A stretch of 64,000 nt of DNA from assembly GCA_964187785.1 (NCBI GenBank), contig OZ076414.1:71920001-71984000 (forward strand). Direction: 5' to 3'. The notes under the pieces were generated by a model. The model saw only the letters and a list, made by a program, of their open reading frames with translations. It was not told the origin of the DNA and did not search any database. Source of the DNA: Amphiscolops sp. MND2022 (taxonomy: Eukaryota). Made by a program: the position numbers and the translations under genes. Shown piece after piece: positions 1 through 12,964 of this stretch (the first letter of the stretch is position 1; each line of letters starts with the position of its first letter).

Positions 1-410
1 GATGCAATATGGATGAGCTTAGTCAGTTGAACCAAAGTTTTAGAAATGCAAAAAACAACCAGATGTGTTCGCAAAAAAAACGGTAAATATGCTGGATAAA
101 ACGTGATTTGGCTGAACTAATTAAAAAATGATAACATATATACTTGTGCTTTGAATCTTTGTGTAAATGTTGTTCCAAATCTTTTCCGTGTTTGAACGTC
201 ACATGTGGACAGAGAATGAATTCGAACACTTATTCGTCTTCTATCAAGAACAAAGTGTTACAAACTTAATTTTCATTTTCTCGCCGGTTGCAGAGTTACA
301 TAATAGTTTCATCAACCAATCACAAAAAAGAATTTGATTCGGTCTGCTATTAATACTTCTGCATTATTAGCGTTCGGCTGTACAAATTACAACCAAATTG
401 TGGACCATCT

Positions 411-692
411 ATGATATGGTTCAATAATTGGTCTTTTAGTGGAGCGTTGCCAATTACCGAAGACGGTGGTGAATCATTCAATAATTTCAATGACTGTACA
501 CATTTCACCGCCATCACAAAACTGAAGCCAAATCGACTTATTCCATCTTATGCTGGTTTATATCAAGTTGATCTCGAATGGAACGCAAAACAATGGACAG
601 AGTGCAACAAAACGGATATTTTTCCAGACCACACGTTAATTGGTGAAGTCCTTTTTAAAACGGAATACAAATCATTTTTGCTGGGAAATTAA
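411..692 (+). pseudogene. ORF remnant of unknown function, antisense to the adjacent gag-like remnant; possibly a retroelement accessory ORF
   Basis: 93-aa open stretch with protein-like composition (WSFSGALPI, YAGLYQVDLEWNA); no family recognised. Confidence 0.25.
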
Positions 693-745
693 CGTAGATT
701 TGACCGGCATTGTAGTTTTGAACCTTTTAGGCCCAATGGTTATTT

Positions 746-1200
746 TTAACTCAATATGAAGCTGAGTTGTTTGTAAATGTTACGATTTGTGTTAGGGTTG
801 TCGTTTTGAGTTGAATTTCTTCTAACAGATCTTGTAGGCGTGTAGAAACTCCTCGTTTTATTCTCTGGTTGTTCCTCAACGTTTTCTGTTACCTTTCCTC
901 CTGTTTTAGGTTTCAAAAACTCCTTTTGAGGTTGTACTAGACGATTTTTGATTTCCGAAGTTATTTCTTCTTTCAAAGAAGTTCTCAAACTCTCAAGAAG
1001 GCTATCTTCGATCCTGAGGGATTTTGCGTCAGAAGTCCCGCAATGCTTGCGTCCTTATCTACATTACAGACACTTTCCACTAGGATTGGAGAGACTAAAC
1101 CTTCACTTACGCTTTCGGTGTTTTCCTCCAGATTGTTTTTTCTCTCTTGACTCCTTGTTGTTGATATCTTTGGGCGAAAAGATTTAATTCGGATTTTCAA
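746..1200 (-). pseudogene. Frameshifted gag-like N-terminal remnant
   Basis: Two overlapping ORFs (985-1200, 746-988) give a charged coiled-coil-like peptide (SLKEEITSEIKNRL) immediately downstream of an LTR-like segment; no catalytic motif. Confidence 0.3.
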
Positions 1201-1206
1201 TTAACT

Positions 1207-1795
1207 TGTGAAGTGTATCTTTTCAACAAAATTGAAATGGAAAATTTCAAAATCAGAGACGAAACGTACAACTGTTTTGTAGCAGATGTAAAAGACTGAG
1301 TCCCTTAGAAATTGAAGCACTTCATCTTTATACCCTCCTAGCTTCATTTGCTCACGAGTATATCCTCGCATTCCTTTTCAAAATTAGTAATTTCCTGTAT
1401 TTTGGATAACAAATCACTATGTTCCCAAATTTGCGTCGACAATTCCTAATTTAGCATTAGTAATCGAACATGATCATATCATTTCATTCCGGGGTCCTTT
1501 TTTCCTCCCGAACAGGAAGTAGATGATACTTCAGTCTGTCAAACCGGAAATACTTCCCTGTTTTACTTCTTTGGTTCGCGCGAAACTTGACGCGGAACTA
1601 ACGCTGACGTGAACAGCTAATACCTGATTTTGAATTTTGACACGAACAAAATTATGACTAAGGTCTTTTAGTTTGAAATAATTAGCGATGCTAGGAGAAT
1701 AAGAGCTGATCATTGAATGAGAGCATTCAATTTCCATCCATTAGTCTTTTAATCAAACAATATTTGACGGGACATTAACGTTAATTAACGTAACA
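1207..1795 (-). repeat. LTR-like segment
   Basis: Minus strand begins TGTTACGTTAATTAACGTT (14-bp palindrome at 1778-1791), has TATAAAA at 1327-1333 and ends ...CTTCACA; a similar CGTTAATTAACG motif recurs near 27080; no partner LTR or TSD found. Confidence 0.3.
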
Positions 1796-3699
1796 ATAAT
1801 TTTAAGTAGCAACAACAGTTAATTTTGCGGGTATGATATAATATCAACAACAATCCAACGAAATTATCGGATTCAAAAATGAACAGACTTCTGGGAATAA
1901 ATACAATACAAATTTAACGGGGTTTTTAGTTTTGCCAATCAACAAGACGACGTCAATTTGGAAACGGACTAGTTCCCAACACGATTACTACAGATAGACA
2001 GTAGGAATCAAATTATAGATTATAGTACAAAAGTACAAGTACTGTATATGAATGAAACGGCCTCGAAATACAAAACCTTCGTTATACAAGTTGAGTTACT
2101 TTTAGGCCACGACATAAAAGCAACAACCCCAAACACAACAACAGGGACAATTCAAATTAGTGTACAAAAGGCATTGTAGCATCCCAAGACGCTCTCGTTT
2201 ACTTGCATCAGGAATAAACTGTGACTTCACCCTTAGTATCCTATGATACCAGTCGAAATTACTGTCCTTATTAAAATTCATAAACTTATCAACGTAAGGT
2301 TGACGCAAAACCTAACCGGGAAAAACGAGTTAGTTGATAATAACTTAAACTGTACAATTTAGACATGAGCAGGCACTCAATTCGTTATCTTATAATTATA
2401 ATTCCCGTAGGATTAGAGTTTGGAAAACTACACTATCGGCCACAAAATAACGTCCTTCAAATTTAATACCGTTTAACTCAGCCATTTTCATAAACTTGTC
2501 AATGTCATGTTGACGAGTTTTCTTGGCAGATCTGATAATTTGACTAGTTTGACGCAATGCTGACGAGTCTTTTGAGCGAACTTTTGAGTGGCGTCACACC
2601 GGTGGATAATTGGAGTGATTTTCTAGTTGCACTGGCGGATAATTGGAATGGTTTTCTCGAATGTGCAGACGGAGTTGTGACGTCGTTTAGCATAATTCCA
2701 AAACTTGTCTGTGGCCTTGTGACGTCAAACATACGTTTGTTCTCGCCGCCGCCATTGTTTACTTAACGCAATATCATCGTCCTAAATCGCACTAATTGCT
2801 GTTCAAATGCAATTAGTTAGCTTTATTATGACCAGTCGTAAACAATTTGAAACTTGCTTTCGTGTGTTTTTCTATTTTAGATTTGCCTATGTGCTCTTTT
2901 TAGAGCTGTATTGTTGTATTTAGTTTCTGTTTAGATCACCTGATAGACCTGATTTTGATTCCGGGACATACCTTTGTTCTCGCTTTCAGGTGGAAAAATG
3001 TGATCATTTGGACGTGTCTTAAACGTCTTGACAGAAATGCATGAAATCATTTTAGTTCTTTTAGTTGTCATTATTCATTTTCATTTATGATATGCGCAAC
3101 GTAGACGTTAGCCTCGTATTTTTAGTCACAGTTTATTTTATAAGTAAGTAATGTAGTTTGAAATCAATACCCGAAATACCATTTGGGGAATCTTAGGTTA
3201 CATCCGTGCACACTGCCAATCGCTATCTTTCTGCAGTTGCATCCCAGACAGGGAGCGGGCTGTGACAGGTAACTAAAAATACGTATTTGCATTTTGGGAT
3301 TTCCGGGGGAGGGGAAGAGGATTGCTGGCGGTAGCTTCACCAAATATTCCAAACAGATCATAATATGGCTGATCTATGATTTGAACTTTGAGTTGACATA
3401 TTTCACCTTAAAAGCTACATGGATCAGCTTGTTCGGGGCACCAATATACCTTAGATCACAAACTCCGTTAACAAAATAGATTTGAGAGAGCAAGCAAACC
3501 TCTCGACCGAAACTAATCTAGTTCAAAAGAAAACAAGCAGGTTGTTGAAAACGTTTTAATAATGTTGTTTACGAATAGAAGTGTTCCAAGCCAAAAAATA
3601 AGAGTCGCCAATTGGTCTACATACAAAACAGTGTTATCAGCTTCGTCAGTTTTGACAACTAATAAATCAATTGTGCATAGCAACAACATGGCGCTGCGA

Positions 3700-6350
3700 G
3701 ACATCTTTGAATCCTGCAGGAAGACATCATCAAGCAGTTCGTCAGCTTTGTCGGGACGGCCAGCTTATTGGGCTTGTACCCTTGTGCCACAATGGGCAAA
3801 ATGAGAACACTGATGGGATCATTTCACGCTGGCGGTAAACGCCAAATATGCAATATCCGTACCTGAGCTGATCAGAACACATACGGAAAATCAACCGAGG
3901 AAGGCAACACCCTTAAACAAGATAAAACAACATGTTCCACAACGAAAATTGATAAGCATATTGTTTGCATCATTGGGTGTCGCACGCAGAAAGAATCTAA
4001 CTGGTAAACTTCCCTACGGTATCAACAGCAAAACTATTAGAATTTAAAAAATGTAATCAAACATTTTACGAACCGCGGATTGGAACACATATGCGATACA
4101 CCTTTTTCTCCCTACAATTACATTGCGGCAAATGACTCAAACGGTTCTGAAACATACTTACAAAATTGATTGGCCCTCAAAATGTGAGTTTGGTAGAGAA
4201 ACAGAAAGCCTCATTTTAGACGTAGTCATCCAAAATATGCACAACATTGTGTGTAAGCGGCCGCAAAAAGGCAACTCGAGTGGAGCTGGGAGATTTGCTG
4301 ATAAAGGCAATATGAGAAGAGTTGAACAACAGGCCGACCAATGAAGCGGCAGCTCAGAAGGGGATGCCGACAACATTTTATTGCATGTTAATAGAGCAGG
4401 TGCAAAACTATTTGTCTTGAAGGGCAAAATCAACAAGAAGTAAATTTTAAACTATGATAGACTCGGGTTCCCCCGTAACGAGTTTCAAAAAGAAGATTTG
4501 AGACGAATCTTAGAATCCGACTTGATTTTCGGGATGCCACATCCAAAGACGAAAGAATACGTGGACTACAATGAGCGATCATTGAACTTAACGGATTCAT
4601 CACACTGAATGTGGAAGTGGACAAACAAAACTGAAGGCAGCAACAATCTCGTAGGAACGAGAAACGCAAAGAGGTCACTCATTGCCAGGAATTAGTTGAG
4701 AAACTAAAATTCCGACTGGCGGAAGCAAAACAAGAAAGTGAGCATGGAAACACTGAATAACTTTGTTAGAAAAACCGACTTTTACCTGAACCAGAACGAA
4801 TACAAAAAAATTCTAACGTTTCAAGTACGCATTGACAGATTGCGTCCAAAACGTTTGAGATTCACCAGACCATTCATGGGTGCTATTAATCAACAAAAAC
4901 TATAAACCAGACTCAGCAAACTTATGTGCACACCTACGACCTTTACCGAAGCATGTCAACGCGTGGAAGTGAGAAAACGAACACGAAGTCGCTTTTGGGA
5001 CGAAGCAAGGAAGCCATAAAACAAAAGGCCAAATTGAAAGATTTTAAACGAGATTTGCCATTGCGAATAAGTTGTGATGCCAGAAAGGAAAAAACAATTT
5101 TCCAGCAGAAACAAGAAGAAAATCGGGAAACAACCCACTAAGCAATAAGGTTCGAAAAATGAGCTAGAACTACCAGACGTTTTATGGGCTATGATAAAGT
5201 TCCGGACTGTTGTATATGGTAGTTTGTTTGAAGTTGCCTTAGATCATTACTTTTCATTGAAGATGTAATATTGGGAGATAAAAACAAAACAATTTGATTT
5301 CTTCAAGGCTTATCAAGTGAGTAGACTGACTACCTTTCCAAGTTAAGGTAATACACGCCATGGGTTTATCAGACTATCTGTCACGACATCCGTCAGAAAC
5401 CAGGGATAACGATTGTAAATAAAGTTTAGGCAGAGGAATTGTGGCACAACTGGTTTGCTGTAAATGATACAACGGAAAAGGCACTTCCATTTCATCGAAC
5501 CAAAAAAGTCAGAGAAATGCCAAGCAGCCAATGGGAGTGAAGTTGGCAACTAAAACGGAGTTACAAGCAAGAGTGAAAGTGGAAAGAACTGCTCCCAATG
5601 CAGTGAAGCCTGTAAGAATATCAAAACTGTACGTCGTCGAAAACGAGTAGGGAAATTACCGTCGTGTACTAAAAAGAACAAAGAAATAGCCATGGATTTC
5701 GTGTTGTCGATTCAAAACCCAATAATCGCTCGAAAACATCTGCTGATAGATCATTGGTAGAATTTTTTCCGGGGTGGCTGAAAGCTACATCTTTAGGAAA
5801 ACCAACATTTCAACGTCAGAGAATTTCCCCAAAAAATATAGCTAGATATGAGGTAGCGAAATCAAGAAGGACAGTTCCCGCAACCATTTTTAGAAGTAAG
5901 CGGATCAAGGAAATTTGTTACAAAAGGTTGAGTATTCTTATTCAGTGCCCAAAAAAAGGCCATAGCGGAAATAGGGGAACAAAGATATGAGAGAGATTGA
6001 TAAGAGCAAATAAACGGTTGTGAATAAACGGTTGAGGACGAATAAGGAATAGGGGGAAGAAAAGGACAGCTCAGTGTGATACGAAACACTGTTGGCAAAG
6101 AATGAACCTATCACGAACTGGAAAATCATCGGAAAAAATTTTATGCAAGCGGAGCCGTATACGATGAAGAAACTGGTCATAAACCGTAAACAATCATTTT
6201 CCGATTTTCCAAAGTTCAAGCTCAATGAAACAGATTTCGACTCAAGCCAAAATTCCACGATCCTGGTAGGAGAGAGATCACGGGGCAGTAAGTCAGAAAG
6301 GGAATACAATAAGCGGATAGGCTTCCTCCTGAAATAATCAATTCACACGG
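3700..6350 (+). pseudogene. Heavily decayed Ty3/Gypsy pol (RT, RNase H and integrase remnants)
   Basis: Fragmentary motifs across frames: GKLPYGINS (RT), LRISCDA...NELEL..VLWAMIKFRTVVYG.LFEVALDH (RNase H), MGLSDYLSRHP, IFRSKRIKEIC...IQCP (integrase core); many stops and frameshifts. Confidence 0.6.
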
Positions 6351-7985
6351 GGTGGTATGAGCGAGCAAGAAAAGGTATCGAAAAAACCTAATCTAGTTAA
6401 AAACAAAACGAGCAAGATGTTGAAAACTTCATTATAACGTTGTTATCAAAAAGAAGCGTATAAAACAACAAAGAGCGACCACTTGCCACATGGTCGAAAC
6501 ACGAGACAGTTGAAAAGCATTGAAAGAGCACACAAAAACTCTTCAGTGCAAAAAGCAGGAGGTTTGAAGCTTGTGAGCCAGGTAGCTCACCTAGGGACTG
6601 CCAAGTTTTGAACTAAGGTCCAAAGATTCCAAGTTATTCAGTTGCTTTTCTGAAATTATTGGTAGTGTACAGTGCTTTTTTTGTTGTGGTACTTTTTTTA
6701 GTTTTCCCTAGATTAGAATTTTATGTTTGCATTGCCACTAGTGCATGGCAACAAATGCTCCTGCCTCGTGTGAGTTGACACAAGTATAAAACCAAGAAAG
6801 TCAAGATTGAACATAATTCCCATGCTCTACACCGCGAGCGCTGTTTTTATGAAAAGCGTAGCCAAAGCGGTAAAAGAAGTTTTAACTGGATGTCCAGCAG
6901 ACTTTGATTATCTTGTGAGCTCCATCGGCTGTTGTGCGGGTAAGGAAGCCTGTTGGCTTCCACGAAAAACTATTTTAGCGGTTGAGAACTAACAATCAGA
7001 AAGCTCGTTTTAAAAAAAACACGTTTTAATCAGGCACTAGCCCCGAAAACTGTACTAACGCAATTGATTGTCTTCCAAATAGTTTAAACTGGAAGTAGAA
7101 CCCTGACTTTCAAACTGGTTTCACGACTTGGTCATTCTTTTGTATTGTAGTATTGAGGTTGTGAGATTGTAGAAATAAGATCTCGATAAATGCTAGAAAG
7201 TGAAGGCTGATACACAAGGACGAGTCCTTGCCGCCACAAGACGTGATTCACTGGGCCCAAAGCAGTGATGAGCAGTGATCCTGAACAAAGAAAGTCCTCA
7301 GAAGCTTGACGGGGACTACAAGCCAGAAGCTCGGAGAGTGATATGACATCGATATCGGGTACCAAAAATTAGATCAAAAATGACGTACAAATGCATTTGT
7401 AATGTGTTTAGATTGCATGCTAGAGAGCTTAAAATTTGGATCTTTTGGGACTTGTAATTTGATGCTTTAATGGATTCCCCTATCCCTGGTGTAAAATCAC
7501 TATTCAACACACCCAAATCCTTTTTTATAGTCTATGTTGGTAGTGGTCCTGACTATAGCAAGATTCCCGTAAATTTTAGCAGTTGAAAACTGGAACCAGG
7601 TCAGAGAGCGACCCTTAAGGCGGTGCCCCCACGTTTGCATGCTGGCTTCTCCACCGTGTGTAGCTGCTAAAGCTGTTTTTTCTTGTGTTACATATATCCA
7701 CTCGACAAAGACACTGACGTTCACGGAGACTTAGCTGGAAAGACTATCGTGTCAATAGGTAGCATCGAGAACAAACTAAGATCTTTACCTGATCGCTTTG
7801 CTTTATCATTGATTATCATCGCTTTATCTTGAATACTGTTACATTTTATATGTCATATTTTATGCTGATAACATATGAATAGGAATATTAACATGTTTTC
7901 TTCTTTTTAAAATATTTGGTAATGAAATTGGATGAAGGAAAATGAAGGATGCCTCCCTGGTGACTTTTGTTTAACCACGGGGCAC

Positions 7986-9504
7986 CTGTATGTTAAGACA
8001 CCATCGTGTGATTTGATTTCTGCTATACTGAGACCGATCTTTTCTTTATCATCTACCCACATGGAAAAGTTGCGCTGTTTCTCAGAGACTTCTCCTCCGA
8101 TGTTCACCTCTGAAAAGAATACGTGAACGTGGTCTCGTCCTATGGGCATCAAAAGTGAAACCACATCCGTCGTTCTGCCCCATCCCGTTCCTTCTTGCTC
8201 CAGTTGGCTGATCAGAAAAAGGTCCACTGAGTAATATCTTTCGTTCTATCCAGTTTTTAATATCCACCCGTAATCCATATATGAGTGGCAAAATATTTTG
8301 ATTTTTCCGTGAAAGAAAAATTTGTGCAAGAAAATAAACGCTTACAAATAAATTACACCACAGTCGTCTTTTACTTAGAAGCCACCCCTTTGCGATACTG
8401 TCAGTTTCTCAACCCGGCGACTACTGGGAAGAACGCGTCCGTAACGCAAAACAGTTGGATCTAGTCGTGAACTCTGATCGGATCGACCGTAATGATGAAA
8501 TGGCAGTCACAAAACTGAACATCCTTCAAACGGATGCAATCCTTTGCAATTTAAATCTTCTGAAGCGGAATAGCCAGTTAGGAAAAGTATAACTTCTTAC
8601 ACCGAATCTGTTCCTGCTTATAGCGTCGTTTCGTCAACTCGCCGTCAATAATGTTTAAAACTTCGAAAATTTTCTGTTAACGTTTTCCGACAGAACTAAT
8701 TCCAATTTTGAAACAACGACGTTCTGCCTGAAAAGTGACCACTAGGCAGGATTACTGAAAGTTTTGTTCACCGTCATTCATTGGCAAGAGTAAAGTTTTA
8801 ATTGAAGTAAAATTATCCATACCTTAGAACATTGGAAAGTGTTTTTTGGCTTTATCTCAATTTTTCCAGTTTTTTGGAAACTCTAGTACTAAATCTAAAT
8901 TAGATTCTTTTGAACTTCATGCATTGTCTCTGTGCTCATTCTTTTCCAAATTGCAATGGATGTGAAACATATCGAAGCAACTCGACAAAATTTCCGTGGA
9001 TACATGTATCATTACTTTATCTGATATAGCGCTATAGATATCGACGAAAATTTCGATGTCTCCAATTTGTTGACTTTCTTTCCGAGGTACGCCTCACTAA
9101 TGAAAAAGGGTGGAAATAGTGACTTTTAAATGGTCATTTTGATACCATAAATGCAAATGAGCATGAACTAGTTTTCACATCTGTAGAGGCAATTTGTTGT
9201 GAAAGTTCCGGTATTTTCTGTTAGTCAATTGCGGTATGGAGGAAGTGTCCGGCGTATTCTTTAATTTTCACTCATGTTTTCAATTTTAACTCCAGTTGAA
9301 TGTGTATGTTAGTTTCTTGCAGTTTATGAAGTACATTGCTGTAGGAGTTGAATTGTCTCTACAAATGCTCACTGCGTGTCATTATTGAACGACTTACCTG
9401 ATGTTGACAAAGCGAGGTGTCGTCAACTCACTGAAATTGTGGACAGGCACACAATTGTTGTCTGCGTCTTCAATCAGGTTACGTTTACTACGCGATGTTG
9501 CCAT
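7986..9504 (-). other. Possible spliced host-gene exons, product unknown (candidates 9504-9398, 9096-~9017, 8109-7986)
   Basis: ATG at 9504 with an open frame to a CAG|GTAAGT donor at 9398/9397; pyrimidine-rich acceptors before 9096 and 8109; exon 1 joins exon 2 in frame, but phase to the third exon needs an unidentified exon. Confidence 0.3.
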
Positions 9505-10497
9505 AGATTGCCTCAAGTTTCCTTTGTTTTCCTTTTTTTCTCTTATTCCTACCATTCTCAAACATGCAATCCCAAACAACTCTTGTAGGTAATGGCGACA
9601 AATCAAAATTGGGTTGAGCTAGAATTCATGTTTATCAAGCATTTTTTCTTTTATGCAACCCTCTTTCTCCCAAATTTGAATTCTTTTATATTTTCAGGCA
9701 TTGAAAAACGTTCCTTGAGACAAATATTTGGCGCTAGAAACGTAAATCGACGAGCAAAGCTAACAAGCCGGAACGGCCCAAGTCGGCGCCATATCTAAGT
9801 CTCAAAACTATTCAAGGAACAACTATTGTGAAATGTTCAGATATCAGACAGTGCCAAAAAATACCCGAAAAAGTTTTCCTCGAGATTCGAAAACAGCTTT
9901 TTCTGAACTGGAAACATCAGAAAACAACTACTTTTGCCTTCAATTTTTTCAAAAGAGTACTTGATAAAAACTCGCATAATGCCGAAAAACCCAAAAAGAG
10001 AACTTTTAGGCACATTAGACGTTATTTGCAAACCGAAAACTTCAAAAATTCAAGGGGGTACCCTTTGATAGAATTCAAAATTTTCGCAAATGTCGCATGG
10101 TGCCGAAAAAACGCAAAGAGGGGACCCTTTGGTCGCCCCTCTACTTTTGGGAGCGTTAAAAACTTGTGGTTTATTGAACCGAAATGAACCGACGCTCTCC
10201 TGCTTCTCAGAAAATTAGTCGAAGTTCAAATGAACAAACCAATTGTACAAAAAGTGGACCATTCAGAGTGAGATTGTCTGATGATGACTGTCAGCTGATG
10301 ATTGTCAGCTGAATGCTCACTGCAATAGTCGGGCTTTTTTCTTTAGCGCTGACTAAAAACTGGTGAGATTGCATTCGCCCAGTGGTTTTTTGTTACTGAT
10401 TAGGATTTTCGATTTCATTTTGACTCGATAACTGTGTCTTGTTGAAACTGGTATGATGCATGAATATAAACATCAGCCGATTGTTAGGCGCTAGAAT

Positions 10498-10568
10498 AAC
10501 CAGAGCCGCATGTGCTGTAAAGCAGTCAAAAACGGATTAAAATATTGAACCAGAGCCGCATGTGCTGT
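10498..10568 (+). repeat. 21-bp perfect direct repeat AACCAGAGCCGCATGTGCTGT, two copies 50 bp apart
   Basis: Copies at 10498-10518 and 10548-10568. Confidence 0.85.
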
Positions 10569-11237
10569 TTTTTGGTCAATTTTGGGCTAGTTTTGGGTAT
10601 GTTTCTTACAGCTCAGTCATACAATGTTGATGCCATTACGCAGGCTGTAGAGTGACTGTGCAAAATTTTATGGTAATCGTATGGACAGTTTTTGAGAAAT
10701 TTGAAATTTCCATTGAAAATTCGGAAGAAAAAAAGATGCGAGTCCAAAGTTTCTTCCGCCTCCTAAAAACGGGAAATGCTACTTTATGAATAGTAATGGA
10801 GTCAAAAAAACACTTCGGCCCAATCTAAATGTCGTGGCAAAAAACATTTTGGTTGAAAAAAAATTGAAAAATCATGTGAAATTGATCGGCGATGTTGCAT
10901 CGCGTCGTGTTGCATGAAAAGGTAACGATTGAAGAGACTTGTCCACAATTTTTTAACTAATTGATGAGACAAAAAGGTTACCCATGTTTTGTTCAAAATC
11001 TGTCAGTCAATACCCTCTTGCGATTGCGATAAAATGTTCGAAAAACCCTAGTCCAAGACGACTGGGACTTTTTACATGATGCAGGCGTTCATGTAGGGTA
11101 TTTATTGAACCTCAGAAAATTCAGCTGGCTGCAGAGTGTAAACTTTGTAGAAGTACACTGCGAATCCACTAATGCAAAAAAAAAGAAAAATTCGTCACCG
11201 ACACTGCTGCATTTAAAGGTAGAATTGAGAGCAGTAG

Positions 11238-11495
11238 TTAGAGAATGGTAGTAAGATATCCGAGGTAGTAAGAGACAGCTCCGAAGACACTTGTGCCCCT
11301 GAAGTTCGGCACTTTCTTCGAAGACATGATGCAGTCATTCTCTAACTTAGCTTGACTTCCTTTGGCTTTTTTAGGCTTCGCTCTTGCTAGCGAAAAATCC
11401 TTTTTGATTTTGAATTACTCACACCTATCAGTCGAAAAAGTAGTATAATACGGTTGAACGTTAACCTTCGCCGCACCATCGTAGTCGATATCCAT
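11238..11495 (-). other. Possible pair of terminal coding exons (11495-11423, 11386-11238), product unknown
   Basis: TTTTTTTGTATAG acceptor, GTGAGT donor and TTTTTCGCTAG acceptor give an in-frame join ending in TAA; the intron would be only 36 nt, which is weak. Confidence 0.25.
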
Positions 11496-11750
11496 CTATA
11501 CAAAAAAACGTCACTGAATAAAATAGAAAAACCTTATTAAACATGTCGCAAGCGGCAGCCAGTGGCGGTAATTTTTATCAATTCCCAGCTGTATACGGTT
11601 TAACAAACCCCCTTCTAGGAGGGACATCTAATCGGAAACGCCTTATTTGAACCGTACGCACCGAAATCAAAACGACTAGCATAATTTAACATTCAACATT
11701 GAATTTTATAGTTTTAGATTTTAGTCTGTGCCTGCTACGATACTGAATTA

Positions 11751-12105
11751 TGTGATGCCATGATGTGTGTCCTCAAGTATTCTCTTAAGTAAAGATAACT
11801 TTATTGATACATTGTGACAATCTTATTAATGCCCTATCTTACTGTTGTCGCATTCAAATAAAGTAAATGACTATAATCATTGATCATCTTGTAGAATATA
11901 TCTACTTGGAAAAAAATAGAACTTCGACTAGAGAACAGTTTTACCTGGGAAGAACTTAACTGAGATCTCAGAAGGATATTAGAACTTAGAACTAGCTAGC
12001 TACTGACTTAGTAACTTGGACGAATTTGCTGTTAAGAAACCTGGACTTCTTATGTACTCCATCAAAGAAATAAAACAACTAACACACAACATTTGTAACA
12101 GCTCA
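11751..12105 (+). repeat. 5' LTR of element A (355 bp; about 80 bp shorter than the 3' LTR)
   Basis: Starts TGTGATGCCATGAT, ends AACAGCTCA; AATAAA near 12068; aligns to 15064-15497 with one large gap and scattered substitutions. Confidence 0.9.
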
Positions 12106-12107
12106 AT

Positions 12108-12127
12108 TGGTGCGATCACGAAAATTC
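12108..12127 (+). promoter_or_regulatory. Putative primer-binding site TGGTGCGATCACGAAAATTC
   Basis: Begins TGG 2 nt after the LTR end; conserved in B (TGATGCGATCACGAAAATTC); cognate tRNA not assigned. Confidence 0.6.
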
Positions 12128-12293
12128 TTTTTTCTCTCCCTTTAGTACCACAACTCTGCACTTCTTTTACTTCTTTTCTCGACTTCCTGATTAGATATCG
12201 TTTTGTTCGACACACCGTCTCTCCTCCTCTCTGTATTGTCTACCGTTATTAATTCAACGTTCCAACCAATTTCTTTGAAATTGATTCGTGTTG

Positions 12294-12390
12294 CTATGGT
12301 TCTGACTACGTCAATACACGTAATTCCTGTCAGTTGAAATTCTATGGTTCTGACTACGTTAATAAACGTAATTCCTGTCGGTCACAAAAT
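12294..12390 (+). repeat. ~49-bp tandem duplication in the leader of A
   Basis: CTATGGTTCTGACTACGT.AATA.ACGTAATTCCTGTC occurs twice in A and once in the homologous leader of B. Confidence 0.8.
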
Positions 12391-12830
12391 CTTTTCTCTC
12401 GTTCCAACCACCACTGTGTGAATTCGTGTTGGTAATTTCTCTCTTTCTCCGTTCCAACCGCAGACGTGCGATACGTGTTGGTTTCTCTACAGTGCTATCC
12501 AGCGATTCCAGCAAGTAAAAACACCTTGGTTCTAGCCGCTTGGATCAACTTTAAAGTTGGCACACCTATAATACACAATCTATTCTCTATATTAATTCAT
12601 TGTGATACACATCATCCTTTCTCCATTATATAGAACATACGATCTACAAAACTTTTCTCAAACAAATTAAGGATCCAAATATTTCACAAAAACTTACCAA
12701 TAATTTAAATTCACAAACATCAAATCATTTTACAAAAATGATTCAATCAAACAATAATATATATAACTTTCAAACTCTGGTACACATTATATTACAACTT
12801 GTAAAACATAACCTTTCATTTCATACATAA

Positions 12831-12944
12831 ATGCCCTCAGCTGACGATGAAGTTAAGGTCATTATTTTTCTTTGGTTTTTTTGCACTTATTGCTGGCCTC
12901 TATTCTTTGATAAGTTTTTAGTATCTTTTATACCTAAATTTTAG
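12831..12944 (+). CDS. Small hydrophobic ORF1 (37 aa) upstream of gag
   Basis: MPSADDEVKVIIFLWFFCTYCWPLFFDKFLVSFIPKF*; homologous to the 39-aa ORF at 35558-35677 with the same start and stop. Confidence 0.55.
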   Translation: MPSADDEVKVIIFLWFFCTYCWPLFFDKFLVSFIPKF

Positions 12945-12964
12945 TATATAACCCCCTTCTTCCT

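Noticed and set aside
2102-2308. Cys-rich ORF ending CPCCCVWGCCFY as a metallothionein or palmitoylated peptide
   Set aside because: Short, and the Cys run arises from the reverse complement of a CAA-rich tract
3490-6540. Diverged direct repeats at ~3490-3720 and ~6360-6540 as an LTR pair around the pol remnant
   Set aside because: Low identity, no TG...CA, PBS or TSD, and the repeat reads as coding-like integrase-tail sequence; more likely fragments of two copies
9650-10250. 119-aa ORF 9828-10187 as a gene
   Set aside because: Lys/Phe-biased translation of A/T-run-rich, repeat-like DNA with no protein motif
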